Shown: positions 26,330-35,852 of the stretch, in pieces
Position numbering within the stretch: position 1 is the stretch's first letter
How the letters are laid out: the number at the start of each line of letters is the position of its first letter
Position numbers and translations under genes: made by a program
Source of the DNA: an uncultured Clostridia bacterium
GTDB lineage: Bacteria; Bacillota; Clostridia; Christensenellales; CAG-917
DNA: 59,745 bases
Direction: 5' to 3'
Assembly: GCA_947589395.1 (NCBI GenBank)
Contig: CANQAA010000002.1
Location: 1 to 59,745, forward strand
The notes under the pieces: model-generated
Told to the model about the DNA's origin: nothing
The model's input: only the letters and a program-made list of their open reading frames with translations
Database searches by the model: none

Positions 26330-26830
26330 ACTTCTCGACGTGCTCAAGCACGCAAACCTTGAAGGTTTGACTACAGAAGCGCGCTCGCTTTGAAAGCAAG
26401 AGAACCAAAAGCGCGAGATAGACTGCAGTTTGAAATAAGTTATCGTTTGCTCGCTAGATAGGTTATAGTTTATTAAACAATCCCCTCAGTCTGCGACCGC
26501 ATGTACGTTGCGCAGATTGAGGGGATTGTCAAACTACATTTCGTCTAAGAGCGTCTTTATTAAGCGTGCGTTACTATGTTTCAAACGAGTTATCATCATG
26601 TTCAAACTACACTTCGAACAAGTGCCGCCTTTTATAAGTACGCCCTGAGTAAGTGTTCGTTAGTTATGCTTTAATAAGTTCTCGTTGTGTTCAAGCAGGT
26701 CTTTGATTAGTGCTCGTTAGTTATACTTCGAATGAGTAATCGTCGTTTATAAGCACGCCCTGAATGAGTGCGCGTTAATTTGCTTCGAACAAGTGTGCGT
26801 TTAGTATAAGTGCGCTCCAATAAGCGATTG
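26330..26830 (+). repeat. intergenic array of degenerate tandem repeats (about 57-nt subunit, about 116-nt higher-order period), interrupted by a palindromic element
   Basis: TTTATAAGTACGCCCTGAGTAAGTGTTCGTTAGTTATGCTTTAATAAGT (26630) compares with TTTATAAGCACGCCCTGAATGAGTGCGCGTTAATTTGCTTCGAACAAGT (26746). Repeated GAGTGC(G/T)CGTTA...CTTCGAA cores occur throughout. Confidence 0.8.
26477..26529. repeat. 19-bp-stem palindromic element, a compact relative of the 49741-50111 element
   Basis: ACAATCCCCTCAGTCTGCG (26477-26495) pairs with CGCAGATTGAGGGGATTGT (26511-26529), with one G-T mismatch and a 15-nt loop. Both flanks are shared with the 49765-49797 and 50052-50078 arms. Confidence 0.85.
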
Positions 26831-26946
26831 CCTCGCTCTTATATGATAATATACTTATATATTTATATCTAATCCAAATTAAAATATGGGTGTGACGCGA
26901 TGTCAAAATGGACGAAAAAATTTTTTGAGTTTGTGCGTAATTTTGC

Positions 26947-26975
26947 TTGACAGAAAATATTGCAATAGCTAAAAT
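26947..26975 (+). promoter_or_regulatory. sigma-A-type promoter of the S10 operon
   Basis: TTGACA (26947-26952), 17 nt, TAAAAT (26970-26975). An AT-rich UP-like tract lies upstream. A leader of about 110 nt with two hairpins follows. Confidence 0.65.
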
Positions 26976-27087
26976 ATAGAGGCATATGTAAAAGTATGCC
27001 TGTTCCGTTGCGCCGCAACGGACAAAAAAATCAGGACGACACACACGGATAAGTGTTTAAGTAGGTAATATTCAGGAGGCTAAATAA

Positions 27088-27396
27088 ATGGCTGGACAAA
27101 AAATAAGAATCAAGCTCAAGGCTTACGATCACAACCTCATCGACCTTTCTGCAGAGAGGATCGTCGAGACTGTCAAGAAGACGGGCACGAAGGTCTCGGG
27201 GCCTATCCCTCTTCCCACAGACAAGGAAATCATCACCATCTTGCGCGCAACCCACAAGTATAAGGACAGCCGCGAGCAATTTGAACTCAGAACACACAAG
27301 CGTCTGATCGACATCTACAACCCGACGAAGTCCACAGTGGATTCTTTGATGAAGCTCGACTTGCCGGCGGGCGTGGACATCTCGATCAAGCTGTGA
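27088..27396 (+). CDS. rpsJ: 30S ribosomal protein S10
   Basis: [21 protein letters not shown]...; first gene of the S10 operon; AGGAGG SD. Confidence 0.97.
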   Translation: MAGQKIRIKLKAYDHNLIDLSAERIVETVKKTGTKVSGPIPLPTDKEIITILRATHKYKDSREQFELRTHKRLIDIYNPTKSTVDSLMKLDLPAGVDISIKL

Positions 27397-27425
27397 TCTA
27401 ATAAATTAGGAGGATGAACTTTACC

Positions 27426-28061
27426 ATGAATAAAGCAATCATCGGAAAGAAAATCGGCATGAGCCAGGTGTTCACCAAAGAGGGCAAGGTCATTCCCGTC
27501 ACGGTAGTGGAAGCGGGTCCGTGCCCCGTCGTTCAGGTGAAGACGAAGGACAACGACGGCTACGACGCGATCCAGGTCGGATTCGGCGCAGTCAAGGAGA
27601 CGAGAGTCAGCAAGCCCGTTCAAGGGCACTACAAAAAGTCCGGCGTGACCGTCAGAAAGTATTTGCGCGAACTGAGACTCGCAAACTGCGCTGCCTACAC
27701 GGTAGGGCAGGAACTGACCTGCGATATCTTCGGCGAGGGCGACAGAGTCGACGTCACCGGCACTTCGAAGGGACACGGCTTTTCCGGCGTCATTCAGAGA
27801 TGGAACTCCCAAAGGATCGGTTCCATGACGCACGGCACAGGTCCCATCCACCGCGCGCCGGGTTCAATGGGCGCTTGCTCATCTCCGTCGAGAGTGTTCA
27901 AAAACAAGCATATGGCAGGTCAATGGGGTCATGAGCAGGTCACTGTTCAAAACCTGACCGTCGTGCGCGTTGACGCAAAGAGGAATCTTCTTTTGGTCAA
28001 GGGCGCCGTTCCCGGACCCAAAGGCGGTCTTGTCATCGTCAAGGAGTCCACGAAGGGCTGA
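27426..28061 (+). CDS. rplC: 50S ribosomal protein L3
   Basis: MNKAIIGKKIGMSQVFT matches the L3 N-terminus. The ORF-track ATG at 27414 abuts the AGGAGG with zero spacing, so I prefer ATG 27426. Confidence 0.93.
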   Translation: MNKAIIGKKIGMSQVFTKEGKVIPVTVVEAGPCPVVQVKTKDNDGYDAIQVGFGAVKETRVSKPVQGHYKKSGVTVRKYLRELRLANCAAYTVGQELTCDIFGEGDRVDVTGTSKGHGFSGVIQRWNSQRIGSMTHGTGPIHRAPGSMGACSSPSRVFKNKHMAGQWGHEQVTVQNLTVVRVDAKRNLLLVKGAVPGPKGGLVIVKESTKG

Positions 28062-28074
28062 GCGGAGGTAAATT

Positions 28075-28692
28075 ATGAAATTGGACGTATTTAACATTGC
28101 CGGCAAAAAGACAGGCGAAATCGAACTGAGCGATGTGTTTACCGCCGAATATAACGAGGCGCTCATACATCAGGTCGTGGTCGCGCAACTCGCCAACAGG
28201 CGTCAGGGCACTCATGCGGCTTTGACGAGGACGGAAGTGAGAGGCGGCGGCGCAAAGCCTTACCGTCAAAAGGGCACGGGTCGCGCACGTCAGGGCTCGA
28301 TCGTTGCGCCTAACTATGTGGGCGGCGGCGTCGTGTTCGCAAAAAAGCCGAGAGATTTCTCGCAAAAAATCAACAAGACAATGAAGAGAGCGGCGTTTGT
28401 GTCCGCACTTTCTCAAAAGCTTCGTCAGAACGAGGTCAAGATCGTGGACAAGTTCGAACTTGCCGAACCCAAGACCAAGCTCGTGGCGGGCGCGGTCAAG
28501 GCGCTTGGTTTGAACGGAAGAGCGCTCGTGGTGCTTGACGACTTCAACGAGGGCGTGCTCAGAGCGAGCGCGAACATCCCCACCGTCGGCGTGACCGAGT
28601 CCAGACAGCTCAGCGTTTATGAGATCGTTGCGACAAAAAACCTTATCATAACGGTCGACGCACTCAAAAAGATAGAGGAGGCAGCGCTATGA
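28075..28692 (+). CDS. rplD: 50S ribosomal protein L4
   Basis: Operon order and sequence ([33 protein letters not shown]). Confidence 0.96.
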   Translation: MKLDVFNIAGKKTGEIELSDVFTAEYNEALIHQVVVAQLANRRQGTHAALTRTEVRGGGAKPYRQKGTGRARQGSIVAPNYVGGGVVFAKKPRDFSQKINKTMKRAAFVSALSQKLRQNEVKIVDKFELAEPKTKLVAGAVKALGLNGRALVVLDDFNEGVLRASANIPTVGVTESRQLSVYEIVATKNLIITVDALKKIEEAAL

Positions 28693-28979
28693 CAGCATAC
28701 GATATTATCATCGAGCCTATCAATTCCGAGAAGAGCTACGACGGCATTCCTTCCAAGAAGTACACCTTCAAGGTCGTGAAGAGCGCGACGAAAACTCAGA
28801 TCAAGGCTGCGGTAGAAAAGATTTTTTCGGTCAAAGTCATAAAAGTGAACACCGTCAACTACGACGGCAAGCTCAAGAGAATGGGCAGAAACGAAGGCAG
28901 ACGCTCTGCCTACAAAAAAGCCATCGTGACCTTGAGCGAGGACAGCAAGGCTATCGAGTTCTTCGAGAGCTTGGCATAA
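28689..28979 (+). CDS. rplW: 50S ribosomal protein L23
   Basis: Operon order; [23 protein letters not shown]; ATGA overlap with rplD. Confidence 0.95.
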   Translation: MTAYDIIIEPINSEKSYDGIPSKKYTFKVVKSATKTQIKAAVEKIFSVKVIKVNTVNYDGKLKRMGRNEGRRSAYKKAIVTLSEDSKAIEFFESLA

Positions 28980-28989
28980 GGAGGACAGT

Positions 28990-29817
28990 ATGGCGATAAA
29001 GAAGTACAAACCCACGTCTCCCGCCCGCCGTTTCATGACGGTTTCGGCGTTTGAGGAAATCACCTCCCAAACTCCCGAGCGTTCGTTGCTCGTTTCGCTC
29101 TCCAAGAGCGGCGGCAGAAACTCGCAGGGCAAGATAACCGTTCGTCACATCGGCGGCGGCAACAGAAACAAATATCGCATCATCGACTTCAGGCGTGACA
29201 AGGACGGCATCCCCGCAAAGGTCGCGACCATCGAGTACGATCCCAACCGCTCCGCAAACATTGCGCTTTTGCACTACGCGGACGGCGAGAAGAGATATAT
29301 CCTGGCTCCTTTGGGGCTGAACGTCGGCGACACGCTTGAAAGCGGCGAGCATGCGGACATAAGGATAGGCAATTCGCTTCCTCTTTCCGCGATCCCCGTC
29401 GGCACGATGATCCACAACATCGAGCTTCATCCGAACGGCGGCGGCGTCATCGCAAGAGCGGCAGGCAACGCGGCTCAGCTCATGGCGAAGGAAGGCAAGT
29501 ACGCGACAGTGCGTATGCCCAGCGGCGAGATGAGATACATCCTCATCGGTTGCAGAGCGACGATCGGTCAGGTGGGCAACATCGACCACGAGATCGTGCG
29601 CGTGGGCAAGGCGGGCAAGACGCGTCACATGGGCGTTCGTCCTACGGTGCGCGGCGTGGTCATGAACCCGAACGATCACCCGCACGGCGGCGGCGAAGGC
29701 AAATCGCCCGTCGGCATGCCTTCACCCGTGACGCCTTGGGGCAAACCTGCTCTCGGCTACAAGACGAGAAAGAAGAAGAATGCATCTAACAAGTTCATCA
29801 TCAAGCGTGTGAACTAA
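28990..29817 (+). CDS. rplB: 50S ribosomal protein L2
   Basis: [16 protein letters not shown]...GGGEGKSP; canonical L2. Confidence 0.97.
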   Translation: MAIKKYKPTSPARRFMTVSAFEEITSQTPERSLLVSLSKSGGRNSQGKITVRHIGGGNRNKYRIIDFRRDKDGIPAKVATIEYDPNRSANIALLHYADGEKRYILAPLGLNVGDTLESGEHADIRIGNSLPLSAIPVGTMIHNIELHPNGGGVIARAAGNAAQLMAKEGKYATVRMPSGEMRYILIGCRATIGQVGNIDHEIVRVGKAGKTRHMGVRPTVRGVVMNPNDHPHGGGEGKSPVGMPSPVTPWGKPALGYKTRKKKNASNKFIIKRVN

Positions 29818-29828
29818 CGGAGGGGACA

Positions 29829-30110
29829 ATGAGTAGAAGTGTAAAAAAAGGACCGTTCGTAGAGGAACGCCTTATGAAAAGAGTCAATGCGATGAATGCA
29901 TCGGGTGAGCCCAAGACCCCCATCAAAACATGGTCGAGAAGCTCAACAATCTTCCCTGAGATGGTAGGACACACGATCGCAGTGCACAACGGAAAGCAGC
30001 ACGTTCCGGTCTATATCACCGAAGATATGGTCGGCTGCAAGCTGGGCGAGTTTGCTCCCACACGCACCTTCAGAGGACATGCGGGTTCAAAGACCACCGC
30101 AGGCAAATAA
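29829..30110 (+). CDS. rpsS: 30S ribosomal protein S19
   Basis: [15 protein letters not shown]...[17 protein letters not shown]. Confidence 0.97.
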   Translation: MSRSVKKGPFVEERLMKRVNAMNASGEPKTPIKTWSRSSTIFPEMVGHTIAVHNGKQHVPVYITEDMVGCKLGEFAPTRTFRGHAGSKTTAGK

Positions 30111-30121
30111 GGAGGATCGAT

Positions 30122-30517
30122 ATGGCAACAAGAGTCAGAAGCAAAGCTTTACAACGCAGAAGCGAGCGCACAAAAAACAATCGCCCGCATGCAACTGCCA
30201 AGTTTGTCAGGATCTCTCCCTTCAAGGTCAGAGTGGTGCTGAACATAATAAGAGGCAAATCCGTGCAAGAGGCGCTCGCGATACTCGAAAACACGCCTAA
30301 GGCGGCGAGCGAAGTGCTCATCAAACTGGTGAACAGCGCGGCGGCAAACGGCGAGAACAATCTCAACCTTGCAAGAAACGATCTTTACATCGCGGAGTGC
30401 TACGCCGACGAGGGCCCGACGCTCAAGCGCATTCAGCCCGCGTCAAAAGGCAGAGCCTATCGCATCAACAAGAGAACGAGCCACATAACGATCGTGCTTG
30501 ACACGGTGAAGGCGTAA
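30122..30517 (+). CDS. rplV: 50S ribosomal protein L22
   Basis: Operon order; ISPFKVRVVLNIIRGKSVQEALAIL. Confidence 0.95.
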   Translation: MATRVRSKALQRRSERTKNNRPHATAKFVRISPFKVRVVLNIIRGKSVQEALAILENTPKAASEVLIKLVNSAAANGENNLNLARNDLYIAECYADEGPTLKRIQPASKGRAYRINKRTSHITIVLDTVKA

Positions 30518-30529
30518 GGAGGTATACAG

Positions 30530-31201
30530 ATGGGACAAAAAGTTGATCCAAACGGTTTGAGGACCGGTATCATCAAAGCTTGGAGCTCCAAGTGGTATGC
30601 CGACAAGGCGCACTTTGCGGACAACATCGTCGAGGACAACAAGATCCGCAAATTCATCAAAACGAAGTATTATGACACGGCAATTTCGCGCATAACGATC
30701 GAAAGAGCAGCAAACAAGGTCATAATCGGCATTCATTCCGCGCGCACCGCAGTGCTCATCGGCAAGGCGGGAGCGGGAGTCGAGCAAATCAAAAACGAGA
30801 TCGACAAGCTCATCGGATCGGCAAAGTCCGGCAAGAGCGTCACGATCAACATCATCGAAGTCAAGCATCCGGACGCGGACGCACAGCTCGTTGCGGAGAA
30901 CATCGCAAAACAGCTCGAGGCGAGAGGATCTTTCCGTCGCGCAATGAAGCAGGCGATGAGCAAAGCTATGAGAGCGGGCGCAAAGGGCGTCAAGACGATG
31001 GTCAGCGGCCGTCTGGACGGCGCGGAGATCGCAAGAAGCGAGCAATATCGCGACGGCTCAATTCCTCTTCAGACCTTGAGAGCGGACATCGACTACGGCG
31101 TGGCGACCGCAAACACGACTTTCGGAGCTATCGGCGTCAAGGTGTGGATCTACAAGGGCGAGGTGCTCGGCAAAAATCCGCTTGAAGGAGGAAACCAATA
31201 A
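30530..31201 (+). CDS. rpsC: 30S ribosomal protein S3
   Basis: [16 protein letters not shown]...; KH and S3-C domains. Confidence 0.97.
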   Translation: MGQKVDPNGLRTGIIKAWSSKWYADKAHFADNIVEDNKIRKFIKTKYYDTAISRITIERAANKVIIGIHSARTAVLIGKAGAGVEQIKNEIDKLIGSAKSGKSVTINIIEVKHPDADAQLVAENIAKQLEARGSFRRAMKQAMSKAMRAGAKGVKTMVSGRLDGAEIARSEQYRDGSIPLQTLRADIDYGVATANTTFGAIGVKVWIYKGEVLGKNPLEGGNQ

Positions 31202-31662
31202 TGTTAATGCCTAAAAGAGTAAAAAGACGCCGTCAGATGCGCGGCAGAATGAAGGGCAAGGCAATGAGGGGCAACACCGTCGCCTACGGCGAGTTCGGAC
31301 TTGTCGCTCAAGAGCCCGGTTGGATCACTTCCAATCAGATAGAAGCAGCCCGTGTGGCAATGACGAGATATATCCGCAGAGGCGGTCAGGTGTGGGTGGA
31401 CATCTTCCCTCACAAGCCCGTGACTCAAAGACCTGCCGGCACTCGTATGGGTTCAGGTAAAGGCGCTCCCGAATATTGGGTAGCTGTGGTCAAGCCGGGC
31501 AGAGTTATGTTCGAAATTGCGGGAATAGACGAAACAATAGCAAAAGAGGCGCTTCGTCTTGCGGCAAACAAACTTCCCATCAAGTGCAAGTTTGTGAGAG
31601 CGCAGGATGTCAACGAGGGCGTGAGCGCGCCCGCAGCGAGCGCCGAAGGCGGTGAACAATGA
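31201..31662 (+). CDS. rplP: 50S ribosomal protein L16 (short Ala/Glu-rich C-terminal extension)
   Basis: [19 protein letters not shown]...; TAATG overlap with rpsC. Confidence 0.96.
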   Translation: MLMPKRVKRRRQMRGRMKGKAMRGNTVAYGEFGLVAQEPGWITSNQIEAARVAMTRYIRRGGQVWVDIFPHKPVTQRPAGTRMGSGKGAPEYWVAVVKPGRVMFEIAGIDETIAKEALRLAANKLPIKCKFVRAQDVNEGVSAPAASAEGGEQ

Positions 31663-31874
31663 AAGCGAAACAGGTTTTTGAAATGACAGACAAGGAGCTT
31701 CAGGTGAAGCTCAACGAATTGAAGTCGGAGCTCTTTTTCCTGCGCTTCAAGAATGCCACAAATCAGTTGACCAATCCTCAGGTGATCGCTCAGACGAGGA
31801 AGGACATCGCAAGAGTCAAAACAGTCATCCGTCAAAGAGAGATCGCCCGTCAAAAGGCTGAGGCGAAGGGCTAA
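31659..31874 (+). CDS. rpmC: 50S ribosomal protein L29
   Basis: Operon order; [24 protein letters not shown]. Confidence 0.94.
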   Translation: MKAKQVFEMTDKELQVKLNELKSELFFLRFKNATNQLTNPQVIAQTRKDIARVKTVIRQREIARQKAEAKG

Positions 31875-31886
31875 TCGGAGGGTATT

Positions 31887-32144
31887 ATGGAAGAAAGAAA
31901 TCTCAGAAAAGAAAGAGTGGGCATCGTAGTCAGCAACAAGATGGACAAGACCATCGTCGTGGCGATCAGCGAGCGCGTCAAGCACCCCCTCTACAAAAAA
32001 ATAGTCAGCCGCACCAAGAAGTTCAAGGCACACGATGAAAACAACGAGTGCAACGTTGGCGACAAAGTGCGTATCATGGAGACTCGTCCCCTTTCAAAGG
32101 ACAAGCACTTCAGACTCGTTGAAATAATCGAGAAGGCAAAGTAA
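31887..32144 (+). CDS. rpsQ: 30S ribosomal protein S17
   Basis: [19 protein letters not shown]...[15 protein letters not shown]. Confidence 0.96.
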   Translation: MEERNLRKERVGIVVSNKMDKTIVVAISERVKHPLYKKIVSRTKKFKAHDENNECNVGDKVRIMETRPLSKDKHFRLVEIIEKAK

Positions 32145-32155
32145 GGAGGCGCAGA

Positions 32156-32524
32156 ATGATTCAACCGTTAAGTTGGCTCAAGGTCGCTGACAACAGCGGA
32201 GCTAAGGAAATAATGTGCATCAGAGTGCTGGGCGGCTCTTTCAGAAGAAGCGGAAACATCGGCGACGTGATCGTCGCGTCCGTCAAGTCCGCGATTCCCG
32301 GCGGCAAGGTCAAAAAGGGCGACGTCGTGAAGGCGGTCATCGTCCGCACGCGTTTCGGTCTGCAAAGAGAGGACGGCAGCTACATCAGGTTTGACGACAA
32401 CGCCGCCGTCATCATCGACAACCAAAAGCAACCTCAGGGCACTCGTATCTTCGGGCCCATTGCGAGAGAGTTGCGCGACAAGGACTACGGCAAGATCATC
32501 TCGCTTGCGCCGGAAGTGCTGTAA
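32156..32524 (+). CDS. rplN: 50S ribosomal protein L14
   Basis: [28 protein letters not shown]. Confidence 0.97.
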   Translation: MIQPLSWLKVADNSGAKEIMCIRVLGGSFRRSGNIGDVIVASVKSAIPGGKVKKGDVVKAVIVRTRFGLQREDGSYIRFDDNAAVIIDNQKQPQGTRIFGPIARELRDKDYGKIISLAPEVL

Positions 32525-32535
32525 GGAGGGCTAAT

Positions 32536-32940
32536 ATGGCAAATCTCAGTGTGAAAAAAGGCGATAACGTGATGGTCATCGCCGGCAAAGATAAGGGCAA
32601 GGTCGGCAAGGTCCTCAAAGTGGACTCGTCAACAGGCAGACTTTACGTCGAGGGCGTCAACATGGTCACAAAGTCCAAGAAGCCCAGAAACGCTCAGGAC
32701 AAGGGCGGACTCATCAAGCAGGAGGGCACGATCGACGCGTCCAACGTCATGCACGTTTGCCCGTCGTGTTCTGAGGTCGTAAGGGTCAAGCACGAGCTCA
32801 AGGAAGTGGACGGCAAGACCAAGTCCGTGCGCGTGTGCGCAAAGTGCGGCGCGTCGCTCGACGAAAAGAAAACTTCCGCAAAGAGAGCGGCAAGAAAAGC
32901 TTCAAAAAAGAAATCGGAAAAGTCCAAGAAAGAGGACTGA
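32536..32940 (+). CDS. rplX: 50S ribosomal protein L24 with a CxxC...CxxC motif and a Lys-rich C-terminal tail
   Basis: The KOW N-terminus (VKKGDNVMVIAGKDKGKVGKVLKV) is canonical. The protein is 134 aa, against about 103 aa typically. CPSC is at 32758-32769 and CAKC at 32836-32847. Confidence 0.92.
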   Translation: MANLSVKKGDNVMVIAGKDKGKVGKVLKVDSSTGRLYVEGVNMVTKSKKPRNAQDKGGLIKQEGTIDASNVMHVCPSCSEVVRVKHELKEVDGKTKSVRVCAKCGASLDEKKTSAKRAARKASKKKSEKSKKED

Positions 32941-32958
32941 TTCATCGGAGGTAATATC

Positions 32959-33564
32959 GTGGCAGAAAAGAAAACTCAGGTTGCTAAAGTAACTGCAACC
33001 GAACAAAATGCTGGTAATGCTGAAAGATACCGTATGAGAAAGCAGTACGCCGAAGAGGTCGTGCCGGCTCTCATCAAAAGATTTGGCTACAAAAACATCA
33101 ACGAAGTTCCCCGTCTTGAGAAAATTGTGCTGAATATGGGTCTTGGCGACTGCAAGGACAACAGCAAGAGCCTTCAACTCGCGGTTGAGGAGCTCAAGCT
33201 CATAGCAGGTCAAAAGCCGGTCATTACCAAGGCAAAGAAATCAGTGGCAAACTTCAAGGTCAGAGAGGGAATGAACGTCGGAGCAAAGGTCACCTTGAGA
33301 GGGACGAGAATGTACGACTTCCTCGACAAGTTCATCTCCATCGCGCTCCCGAGAGTGCGCGACTTCAGAGGCATTTCGGCAAAGTCCTTCGACGGCAGAG
33401 GCAACTACGCCATCGGCGTCAAGGAACAGCTTATCTTCCCTGAAATTGACTTTGACAAGGTGGAGAAGGTGCGCGGATTTGACATCTGCATCGTGACAAC
33501 CGCAAAAACGGACGAGGAAGCAAGAGAGCTTCTAAAGCTTTTGGGCTTGCCCTTCGCAAAGTAA
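32959..33564 (+). CDS. rplE: 50S ribosomal protein L5 (GTG start, N-terminal extension of about 22 aa)
   Basis: The core [37 protein letters not shown] is canonical L5. GTG 32959 has a GGAGGT SD 6 nt upstream. Confidence 0.92.
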   Translation: MAEKKTQVAKVTATEQNAGNAERYRMRKQYAEEVVPALIKRFGYKNINEVPRLEKIVLNMGLGDCKDNSKSLQLAVEELKLIAGQKPVITKAKKSVANFKVREGMNVGAKVTLRGTRMYDFLDKFISIALPRVRDFRGISAKSFDGRGNYAIGVKEQLIFPEIDFDKVEKVRGFDICIVTTAKTDEEARELLKLLGLPFAK

Positions 33565-33574
33565 GGAGTGAACT

Positions 33575-33760
33575 ATGGCCAAAACATCAATGAAAATCAA
33601 GCAACAAAGACCTCAGAAATATTCGACGCGCGAGTATACGCGTTGCCGTATATGCGGACGTCCCCATGCGGTGCTCAGAAAGTACGGCATCTGCAGAGTG
33701 TGCTTCCGCAATCTTGCCTACAAGGGCGAGCTTCCGGGCGTGAAGAAAGCAAGCTGGTAA
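33575..33760 (+). CDS. rpsN: 30S ribosomal protein S14, type Z (zinc-binding, 61 aa)
   Basis: [20 protein letters not shown] is the C4 motif; short form; spc operon position. Confidence 0.95.
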   Translation: MAKTSMKIKQQRPQKYSTREYTRCRICGRPHAVLRKYGICRVCFRNLAYKGELPGVKKASW

Positions 33761-33773
33761 GGAGGAGAAAACA

Positions 33774-34169
33774 ATGACGGATCCTATTTCGGATATGCTT
33801 ACAAGAATCAGAAACGCCCTGACTGCAAAGCATGCGACTGTCGAAGTCCCTGCAAGCAAGATCAAGGTGGCAATAGCGGATATTCTCGTCAAGGAAGGCT
33901 ACATCAAGGGCTATGAGATCGTCGAAGGCGCTGTGCAAAACACGATCCTCATCACTTTGAAGTATGCACCCAACAAGAACCAAAAGGTCGTGACGGGACT
34001 CAAGAGAGTTTCCACTCCCGGCTTGAGAGTGTATGCGGGCGTCGACAATCTGCCCAAAGTCCTCAACGGAATGGGCATTGCGATTTTGTCCACTTCAAGA
34101 GGCATTCTCACCGACAAAGAGGCAAGAGCCCAGCATGTAGGCGGCGAAGTGCTCGCGTACATCTGGTAA
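33774..34169 (+). CDS. rpsH: 30S ribosomal protein S8
   Basis: [15 protein letters not shown]... Confidence 0.97.
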   Translation: MTDPISDMLTRIRNALTAKHATVEVPASKIKVAIADILVKEGYIKGYEIVEGAVQNTILITLKYAPNKNQKVVTGLKRVSTPGLRVYAGVDNLPKVLNGMGIAILSTSRGILTDKEARAQHVGGEVLAYIW

Positions 34170-34179
34170 GGAGGGGAAT

Positions 34180-34722
34180 ATGTCAAGAATCGGAAGAGCT
34201 CCCATCGCGCTCCCCGCAGGGGTAACGTTTGAAAACAAGGACAATCTCGTGACAATAAGCGGTCCTCTCGGAAAGCTCACACAGCAGGTCGACAAGTCCA
34301 TCGACGTCGTCTTGGAGGACGGGCACATCGTTTGCAAGCGCCATTCGGACGACAAGGACCATAGAGCCCTGCACGGACTTTATCGCGCGCTCATCCACAA
34401 CATGGTGGTCGGCGTGACGAAGGGCTTCGAGAAGTCGCTCATCGTGGCGGGCGTAGGTTACAAAGTGACGTTGACAGGCAAGGACAAGCTCACTCTCAAC
34501 ATAGGATTTTCACATCCCGTCGAAGTGGTCGCCCCCAAAGGAGTCACGTTTGAGCAACCCGCTCCGCTCGAGATAGTGGTCAAGGGCATCGACCGTCAAC
34601 TCGTCGGTCAGGAAGCCGCCACGATCAAGGCGATCAAGCCCGTCGAGCCATATCACAACTACGGCATCCATTACAAGGACGAAGTCGTTGTCAAGAAGGT
34701 CGGCAAGAGAGCCACGAAGTAA
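34180..34722 (+). CDS. rplF: 50S ribosomal protein L6
   Basis: MSRIGRAPIALPAGVTF... Confidence 0.96.
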   Translation: MSRIGRAPIALPAGVTFENKDNLVTISGPLGKLTQQVDKSIDVVLEDGHIVCKRHSDDKDHRALHGLYRALIHNMVVGVTKGFEKSLIVAGVGYKVTLTGKDKLTLNIGFSHPVEVVAPKGVTFEQPAPLEIVVKGIDRQLVGQEAATIKAIKPVEPYHNYGIHYKDEVVVKKVGKRATK

Positions 34723-34733
34723 TGAGGTGAGTT

Positions 34734-35126
34734 ATGATAAAAAAATTGGATAAAAACAAAGACAGAGTCATCCGTCACGAAAGAGTTCGCAAAAAGATCG
34801 GCGGCGTTCAGGGCAGAAAGCTCAACGGCACCGCAGAGAGACCTCGTCTGAACGTGTACAGAAGCACCAATCACATTTACGCTCAAGTCATCGACGACGT
34901 AAAGGGACACACTCTGTGCGCGGCAAGCACGCTTGAAAAGGACGTGGCGGCTCAGGTCGCGGACCTCACAAAATGCGAGGCGGCAAAGGTCGTCGGCAAG
35001 GCGATCGCAAACAAGGCGCTCGCGCTCGGCATCAAGCAGGTCGTCTTTGACAGAGGCGGCTATATCTACACCGGCAGAGTTCAGGCTTTGGCAGACGGCG
35101 CAAGAGAAGCCGGTCTCGAGTTTTAG
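34734..35126 (+). CDS. rplR: 50S ribosomal protein L18
   Basis: [20 protein letters not shown]...[26 protein letters not shown]. Confidence 0.95.
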   Translation: MIKKLDKNKDRVIRHERVRKKIGGVQGRKLNGTAERPRLNVYRSTNHIYAQVIDDVKGHTLCAASTLEKDVAAQVADLTKCEAAKVVGKAIANKALALGIKQVVFDRGGYIYTGRVQALADGAREAGLEF

Positions 35127-35134
35127 GAGGAATT

Positions 35135-35653
35135 ATGGCAGAAAATCGTGACAGAAGAAACGATAGAAACAGAGAGGAAAACGACGGCCTCACCAAAAAG
35201 CTCATCTCCGTCAACCGCGTCACAAAGACGGTCAAGGGCGGCAGAAACATGCGCTTCTCCGCGCTCGTAGTCGTTGGCGACGGACAGGGCAAGGTCGGCT
35301 TGGGCATGGGCAAAGCGGCGGAAGTCCCCGAAGCGATCGAAAAGGCGACTCAGCTTGCAAAGCGCAACCTGGTTGACATTTCTCTCAAAGGCAACACAAT
35401 CCCTCATGCGACGACAGGCAAGTTCTCGCGCGGACAGGTTTTGCTCCTGCCTGCCGAAGAAGGTACCGGAGTCATCGCGGGCGGCGCAGTCAGAATGGTG
35501 CTCGAAGTTGCGGGCGTCAAGGACATCAGAACGAAATCTTTGGGCTCGAACAACCCCATCAACAGCGCAAAAGCCACAATGCAGGGTCTCATGAGCCTGA
35601 GGAACGCGGATGAGATCGCGGCGCTTCGCGGCGTTGACGTCGTCGTGGAATAA
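35135..35653 (+). CDS. rpsE: 30S ribosomal protein S5
   Basis: [30 protein letters not shown]. Confidence 0.96.
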   Translation: MAENRDRRNDRNREENDGLTKKLISVNRVTKTVKGGRNMRFSALVVVGDGQGKVGLGMGKAAEVPEAIEKATQLAKRNLVDISLKGNTIPHATTGKFSRGQVLLLPAEEGTGVIAGGAVRMVLEVAGVKDIRTKSLGSNNPINSAKATMQGLMSLRNADEIAALRGVDVVVE

Positions 35654-35663
35654 GGAGGGCGTT

Positions 35664-35843
35664 ATGGCAAGAATAAAGGTTACTCTTATAAAGAGCCCCA
35701 ACGGCATTTTGAAAAACCAAAAGGCAAATCTCGAGGCGCTCGGATTGCACAAGATCGGCAACTCCAGAGAGTTTGAAGACGACGCCACCGTAAGAGGCAA
35801 GATATTCAAGGTTTCTCACCTCGTAAAGGTAGAGGAAATCTGA
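35664..35843 (+). CDS. rpmD: 50S ribosomal protein L30
   Basis: MARIKVTLIKSPNGILKNQKANLEALGL. ATG 35664 has an AAGGAGG SD. The ORF-track start at 35610 overlaps rpsE. Confidence 0.93.
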   Translation: MARIKVTLIKSPNGILKNQKANLEALGLHKIGNSREFEDDATVRGKIFKVSHLVKVEEI

Positions 35844-35852
35844 GGAGGGACT

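Noticed and set aside
26330-26830. Possible CRISPR array
   Set aside because: The repeat cores differ by 15-30 percent between units, and the spacer parts are themselves homologous between units. No cas genes are present. This is not a direct-repeat/unique-spacer architecture.
26330-26830. Possible integron attC sites / gene cassettes
   Set aside because: The units contain GTTA(G/A/T)TT strings, not the GTTRRRY core. There is no inverse core pairing of attC type and no intI gene. The adjacent genes (3-8 kb) are far larger than cassettes.
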